This document shows positions 59,454 through 64,000 of a stretch of DNA of 64,000 nt, piece after piece (the stretch's first letter is position 1; every line of letters begins with the position of its first letter). Made by a program: the position numbers and the translations under genes. The stretch is from Spirochaetaceae bacterium. GTDB lineage: Bacteria; Spirochaetota; Spirochaetia; DSM-2461. The notes beneath the pieces were generated by a model. That model saw only the letters and a program-made list of their open reading frames with translations. It was not told where the DNA came from and ran no database searches. Location: contig OZ245056.1 of NCBI GenBank assembly GCA_965224705.1, forward strand, positions 768,001-832,000. Reading direction: 5' to 3'.

Positions 59454-60740
59454 GTGAAGAAAACGATACTGCCTTTATTTCTTTTAGTGCTCGGATTTAA
59501 TTCTTTAGATGCCGAACCGCGTTACAGGTTTGATCGGCCATTTGCCTGGACAAGTCCTGAAATTATGGCTCAGGGAGGTTCCTACACGGCAATTGCCAGT
59601 GGTTTTAACAGTCTGATGACAAACCCTGCTGGCTTTGCCTTCAACCACAATCGTAAAAAAATGAAGTCCAGGAGCCACACAAATCAGATTTATACAACGA
59701 TTCAGGGTGATACAATAGTTGTCCTTGAGGAAGAAGCAACTGAAAGAACTGTGTATCAGGAGAGGGGAGAAGTGACCATATTGGGACTTCAACCCATAAT
59801 AACTGCAAATCCCTTTACATTGCTGGGAGATCCGTCAGCTTTTTCGAATACTCAATCTATGATACCCGTGTTGTTTGATCAATTGAAGAACAATGGTCTG
59901 GGAGCCGCAGTGCAAGCCGGTGGAGGCTATGTCGGCCATGGTCTCGGCTTTGGTCTTATTGCTTATCTTGATGGAATGTTTCCTGGAACTCGTTATATTA
60001 CTTCCGTCAATGGCAGTATGACTCTAACCGTATCACTTGTTGGAGGATATGCACACAAGTTTCACTTTGGTCCTGTTGATCTGGCGATTGGAGCTGATGT
60101 TCGACCTATGTGGCGTCTTAAAATAAAAGACCTGGGGTTCAATACGGTACTGGACCAATTAGGTGGTGAAGGATTCTCACCGGAGGATCTTCTGGCCAAC
60201 AGTGATACATTGACAGGATGGGCAATTGGTTTTGATGCTGGAGTACTTGCCAAGTGGCGATTTCTTTCAATGGGATTCTCTTTGCGGGATATTGCCCATA
60301 CCCGATATCAATACAAAACCACCAACTTAATTACTGGCAGCTTAAACCCTTTTACGGGGAAAAATTACTCAGGTATACCATATATCTCACCAATGACTCT
60401 CAATATAGGTATTGGGGTGCAGCCTGATTTTGGCAGGTTGAACAAGTTTCTGGCATTCAAGGCTCATGCGGAGTTTAAAATCCCGTTGATTAACGCAGAT
60501 GAAGTCGCTGATTTTGTTGAGAAGAGTTTCTGGTCCATTCTACATCTTGGAACTGAAGTTAAGTTTTTTGACATTCTCTCTCTTCGCGGCGGCTTCTCTT
60601 CAGGGTATTTAACCGCAGGATTTGGACTTGATCTGTGGATCGTCGAATTGAATGCGGCAATTTACTCCCAGGAAGTTGGAAGACAGGCCGGAGATGATCA
60701 GCAGATGGGCGTCAATATGGAACTGGTTTTTCGCTTTTAG
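59454..60740 (+). CDS. FadL/TraF/PorV-like outer-membrane beta-barrel
   Basis: Signal peptide from GTG 59454, MAQGG...A...L..NPAGF hatch motif, FDAG, LRGG and terminal VFRF. Confidence 0.7.
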   Translation: MKKTILPLFLLVLGFNSLDAEPRYRFDRPFAWTSPEIMAQGGSYTAIASGFNSLMTNPAGFAFNHNRKKMKSRSHTNQIYTTIQGDTIVVLEEEATERTVYQERGEVTILGLQPIITANPFTLLGDPSAFSNTQSMIPVLFDQLKNNGLGAAVQAGGGYVGHGLGFGLIAYLDGMFPGTRYITSVNGSMTLTVSLVGGYAHKFHFGPVDLAIGADVRPMWRLKIKDLGFNTVLDQLGGEGFSPEDLLANSDTLTGWAIGFDAGVLAKWRFLSMGFSLRDIAHTRYQYKTTNLITGSLNPFTGKNYSGIPYISPMTLNIGIGVQPDFGRLNKFLAFKAHAEFKIPLINADEVADFVEKSFWSILHLGTEVKFFDILSLRGGFSSGYLTAGFGLDLWIVELNAAIYSQEVGRQAGDDQQMGVNMELVFRF

Positions 60741-60793
60741 GAGTCTGTCGGATTTACGCCTCACGGCTCGAAGCCTTAAAATCCGACAGACTC
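60741..60793. mobile_element. 53 bp internally deleted family-B MITE (inverted orientation)
   Basis: Both family-B ends joined at a shared TCGA(G). Confidence 0.85.
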
Positions 60794-60893
60794 CTGGGAG
60801 CCTATAAAACTGTAAAAGGTTGTTTGCTCCGGGACTTTATGCCGTATTTCATTTTGTTTTTTCGAGAGTCAGTCCTGGATTCACCAGAATGCT

Positions 60894-61598
60894 TCAGTCC
60901 GTTGAACTGTGAGAATTGGAACTCTCCCGGGCAAACATCTTGAAACTCCAATATGCCAAACTCAAAAATGTACCAAACAGCAAAGTGAACTCCCAGGTTT
61001 CACGATGGGTAAGCGGATCTGCCACCCGAATTACGATGTCGGTTAGAACCTGACTCATTTTATCCACCAGATTCCAGCTGTTCCACCGCAGGAATCTTCC
61101 AAGGTAGACACCGAAACATGCGATATAAATGAGTACTACCGGCACCAAAGTCGACCAAATTCGGGAGAAAGCTGCAAAAAATCGAGTCTCAAGCAGGTGA
61201 AGGCTCACAAACCCATAAAACATCCCGGTAAACCCAAAACTGAGGATGAGTATCATATCAAACCATAGCGGGACTCCAGGATTGCCGCACAGATGTACCA
61301 GATCCGTCAGAATATATGGTGCATTGGGAAATAATACGACCCAGCAAATGAGTAGAATCGTGAGAATCCATCTGCTTCGGAACTGTCGAACTTTCACCAG
61401 AGTCGCAATTGACCATGGGATGATGGCCAGAAAGAGATTCCACCAAAGGAATAGAAACATTGAGCTGTTCGTCACTATGACACGAATCAGTGTTAGCGAA
61501 ATGGAAAACAAGGAGAGGGATAGAAGTGCCATCGTCGATCGAATGGCGAAAATGTCCCTGATATATCTTTTTAGCAAAATGACCTCCGCATTTCTCAA
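60894..61598 (-). CDS. DUF1361 family membrane protein
   Basis: WNLFLA.IP, FPNAPYILTDL.H and GVYLGRFLRWNSW motifs. Confidence 0.88.
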   Translation of the reverse strand: MRNAEVILLKRYIRDIFAIRSTMALLSLSLFSISLTLIRVIVTNSSMFLFLWWNLFLAIIPWSIATLVKVRQFRSRWILTILLICWVVLFPNAPYILTDLVHLCGNPGVPLWFDMILILSFGFTGMFYGFVSLHLLETRFFAAFSRIWSTLVPVVLIYIACFGVYLGRFLRWNSWNLVDKMSQVLTDIVIRVADPLTHRETWEFTLLFGTFLSLAYWSFKMFARESSNSHSSTD

Positions 61599-61815
61599 GA
61601 TACAATGGATGCCTGCGAATTAACATAGTATTCTCAGTAATTACAGTTTCACCCGAAAAACACCTCAATACAGGAGCTTGATATAATTCCGAAAAAGTTA
61701 TATATTGTATGAAACCTGTTTCGAAACTTGTCTTTGCCAGCAGTACTCATCCCGCAGTCCTGTCTGAAAAGCCTCTTTTGAGGCAGGCGTTCAATATACC
61801 CGTTGGAGGATAATA

Positions 61816-62142
61816 ATGACTGAATTGCTCAATATCACAGATAAAGCACGAATACAACTCAAAAAGCTGGAAGTTAGCCAATCCAACTTCCTTCGCCTGT
61901 ACGTGGGAGATGGCGGCTGTTCCGGAATGTCGTATCAGGCCGTAATTGATGACAATGCAACTCCTCTGGATGTGCTGCTTTACAATGATGAAGAGATCAA
62001 AGTAGTGACTGACCAGTCAAGTCGGCAATACCTTGAAGGCATAACCATCGACTATGAAGATGACCTGGTGAAATCCGGATTCCGTTTCATCAATCCCAAT
62101 GCCGTTAAAACCTGCGGCTGCGGCGGTAGTTTTCAGGCTTGA
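61816..62142 (+). CDS. IscA/HesB iron-sulfur cluster carrier
   Basis: GGCSGMSY and NPNA..TCGCGGSF motifs. Confidence 0.93.
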   Translation: MTELLNITDKARIQLKKLEVSQSNFLRLYVGDGGCSGMSYQAVIDDNATPLDVLLYNDEEIKVVTDQSSRQYLEGITIDYEDDLVKSGFRFINPNAVKTCGCGGSFQA

Positions 62143-62144
62143 CG

Positions 62145-62363
62145 ATGAGTGTACTGGACATCCAGGAACAACTCACCGGCGGTGAGTCTGTTTACTGCAT
62201 CAATCAGGCTCAAATGCGCCGCACACGCAGCATCATTGCTTCGGATGATGCCAGTGGTGAGAAAGTTCGCCGGACTGTTGAGGAAATGGAGAAAACTCTT
62301 TCGAGGAATGAACAGGCTGCGGTTGCGTTCAGCATTATTGAACGACTGAATACTCATCCGTAA
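62145..62363 (+). CDS. Small hypothetical protein in Fe-S locus
   Basis: ATG 2 bp after the IscA stop; helical composition. Confidence 0.55.
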   Translation: MSVLDIQEQLTGGESVYCINQAQMRRTRSIIASDDASGEKVRRTVEEMEKTLSRNEQAAVAFSIIERLNTHP

Positions 62364-62467
62364 ATTTATCCATCAATTGTATATGCGCTACATTTTTCAA
62401 GTAATAACTCATGAATTAAGTCTGCCAGTGTATTCAAGTTCCTGAAAACCATTATACTCGAAGAACC

Positions 62468-63490
62468 ATGAATGCAACTATTACGAAAAAACAAGTATTG
62501 GCCGCTCTGGCTACCGTAGAAGATCCTGATCTACATAAAGATCTTGTATCTCTTGGGTTCATAGAGGATCTAAAAATATCGGGCAATGAGGTATCATTCT
62601 CCGTCATCCTCACGACACCGGCCTGCCCCCTGAAGGATAAGATTCGTATGGATTGTCTTGATGCCCTGCACCGTGACATTCCAGGTATTGGTAAAATCAA
62701 TTTGACTTTCGGATCCAGAGTCCGAAGTGATACCAGGCTGGCTGATAAGCAGAACTGCCCCTTTAAGAATGTTATAGCTGTTGGAGCCGGTAAGGGTGGA
62801 GTTGGTAAATCCACAGTTGCCGTCAATCTTGCCGTGTCCCTTGCTGCCTCTGGTGCATCGGTTGGCCTGCTTGATGCTGATATCTACGGACCAAACATCC
62901 CTGCTCTGCTGAGAATTGATGAACCGCCCCGTCAAAACGGAGAGATGATCATCCCCGTCGAGAAGCATGGGTTGAAAATAATGAGCATGGGATTTCTAAT
63001 CCCTCGGGATCAGGCCCTTGTCTGGCGGGGCCCCATGATTAACGGTGCAATCAATCAGCTTTTAACCCAGGTTGCCTGGGGGGAATTGGACTATCTCGTT
63101 GTTGATCTTCCTCCGGGTACCGGGGATGCCCAGTTGAGTCTTGCTCAACAGCTTCCCATCACTGGGGCTGTTGTTGTCACAACTCCGCAAACTGTTTCTG
63201 TTGATGACACACGCCGGGGAATTGATGCTTTCAGGAAGCTTGATGTTCCCATATTGGGAGTTGTTGAGAATATGACTGGCCCTGTATTCGGATCGGGAGG
63301 AGGTGAGGCAGTAGCCAGAGAGATGGAAGTTGGCTTCCTTGGGCGTCTGCCTCTTGATACCTCTGTTTCCAGAGCCGGTGAAGCGGGTGTACCGTTTTTG
63401 CTGGATCATGCCGAAGATACAGTTCTCAATGCCTTTCGGAAAGTCGTCGGGAACGCTGCGTCGGCTGTGAGCATTCTAACCGCAGTATAG
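62468..63490 (+). CDS. mrp: Mrp/ApbC (NBP35 family) Fe-S carrier ATPase
   Basis: N-terminal DUF59 (TTPACP), GKGGVGKST, DADIYGP and DLPPGTGD motifs. Confidence 0.93.
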   Translation: MNATITKKQVLAALATVEDPDLHKDLVSLGFIEDLKISGNEVSFSVILTTPACPLKDKIRMDCLDALHRDIPGIGKINLTFGSRVRSDTRLADKQNCPFKNVIAVGAGKGGVGKSTVAVNLAVSLAASGASVGLLDADIYGPNIPALLRIDEPPRQNGEMIIPVEKHGLKIMSMGFLIPRDQALVWRGPMINGAINQLLTQVAWGELDYLVVDLPPGTGDAQLSLAQQLPITGAVVVTTPQTVSVDDTRRGIDAFRKLDVPILGVVENMTGPVFGSGGGEAVAREMEVGFLGRLPLDTSVSRAGEAGVPFLLDHAEDTVLNAFRKVVGNAASAVSILTAV

Positions 63491-63695
63491 AAAGAATTGA
63501 ACTATCCAGCCGCCGTATACATCCATTCTTTGTTTTTTAGGTCATGACAGTTTAACCCTGAGACTACTTGACTGGAAATATATTATCTGGCATCTTGATT
63601 CAATAAAATGAAACTACTGTACTATTACAGTAGAACAATACGAATGTCTGATGTATCATCAGTAGCATAAATGCTGTTGGAATCGCAGCGGAATT

Positions 63696-63802
63696 CAAGG
63701 CGGCAAAAGCGGAGCGTAGCTGGGCTACGTGAGTATTCTGGCAACGCGGTAGCGGGAAAAAAGGGCAAAAATCGAGCCGTGAGGTGTAAGTCCGACAGGC
63801 TC
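63696..63802 (+). mobile_element. Partial family-B MITE (right ~two thirds)
   Basis: GCGTAGCTGGGCTACGTGAGTATT...AAGTCCGACAGGCTC matches the copies at 42942 and 58239; left IR absent. Confidence 0.85.
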
Positions 63803-63818
63803 CAAGGAGTAAGGAATC

Positions 63819-64000
63819 ATGAAGAAATATATAGCTCTGACCTATATGGGCATTATTCTAATAGCAGGGTTGACCGGGTGTAATCGCTCAAACGATACAG
63901 GATTATCGGAGGAAGGAAGCTCTGAGCGAGTCTATGCAGTCAGTGTAATGACAGTAACTCCCGATACTTTTGTGGAATACGGGGAGTATATCGGTGAGGC
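63819..64000 (+). CDS. Lipoprotein, possibly an RND efflux periplasmic adaptor (runs off the window)
   Basis: AGGA RBS; MKKYIALTYMGIILIAGLTGC lipobox, then VYAVSVMTVTPDTFVEYGEYIGE. Confidence 0.55.
   Translation, partial: MKKYIALTYMGIILIAGLTGCNRSNDTGLSEEGSSERVYAVSVMTVTPDTFVEYGEYIGE

Noticed and set aside
61816..62142. Possible HesB-like selenoprotein
   Set aside because: All motif cysteines are TGT/TGC and the TGA falls at the normal C-terminus.
42942..63802. Repeats as a CRISPR array
   Set aside because: They are dispersed over kilobases, have IRs and target duplications, and have no spacers or cas genes.
1..64000. tRNA, rRNA, prophage or complete defence system
   Set aside because: None was recognised by eye; tRNAscan, Infernal and DefenseFinder were not run.

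Overview
Chromosomal window from a spirochaete (Spirochaetales-like). This is inferred from the co-directional dnaN-recF-DUF721-rpmH-rnpA-yidD-yidC-jag block, a Treponema-like L34 C-tail, a TatT-TRAP (TPAT) system and the folP-cdaA-cdaR-acpS-DUF2225-truA-UDG-priA-def-fmt-PASTA run. It opens with part of a nonulosonic-acid glycan cluster (1-7012), followed by an ISL3 relic and redox genes. The dnaN block has no dnaA in front of it, while a DnaA-box cluster (possible displaced oriC) lies after murA. The rest is housekeeping, transport (TPAT, YejABEF), Fe-S and envelope genes. The most novel-looking signal is an unannotated mobile-element family: a ~1.26 kb element with ~20 bp terminal IRs encoding a Zn-ribbon, IS1-like putative transposase with an apparent D-D-D triad, plus a 114 bp MITE with the same IRs and two solo ends. 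A second MITE family (162 bp, 4 bp target duplications) and a third, degenerate repeat family also occur, often at stop codons. Two apparent pseudoenzymes are present: a family-4 UDG and a TPR-HEPN protein. No tRNA, rRNA or CRISPR array was recognised. All assignments are by eye; no searches were run.
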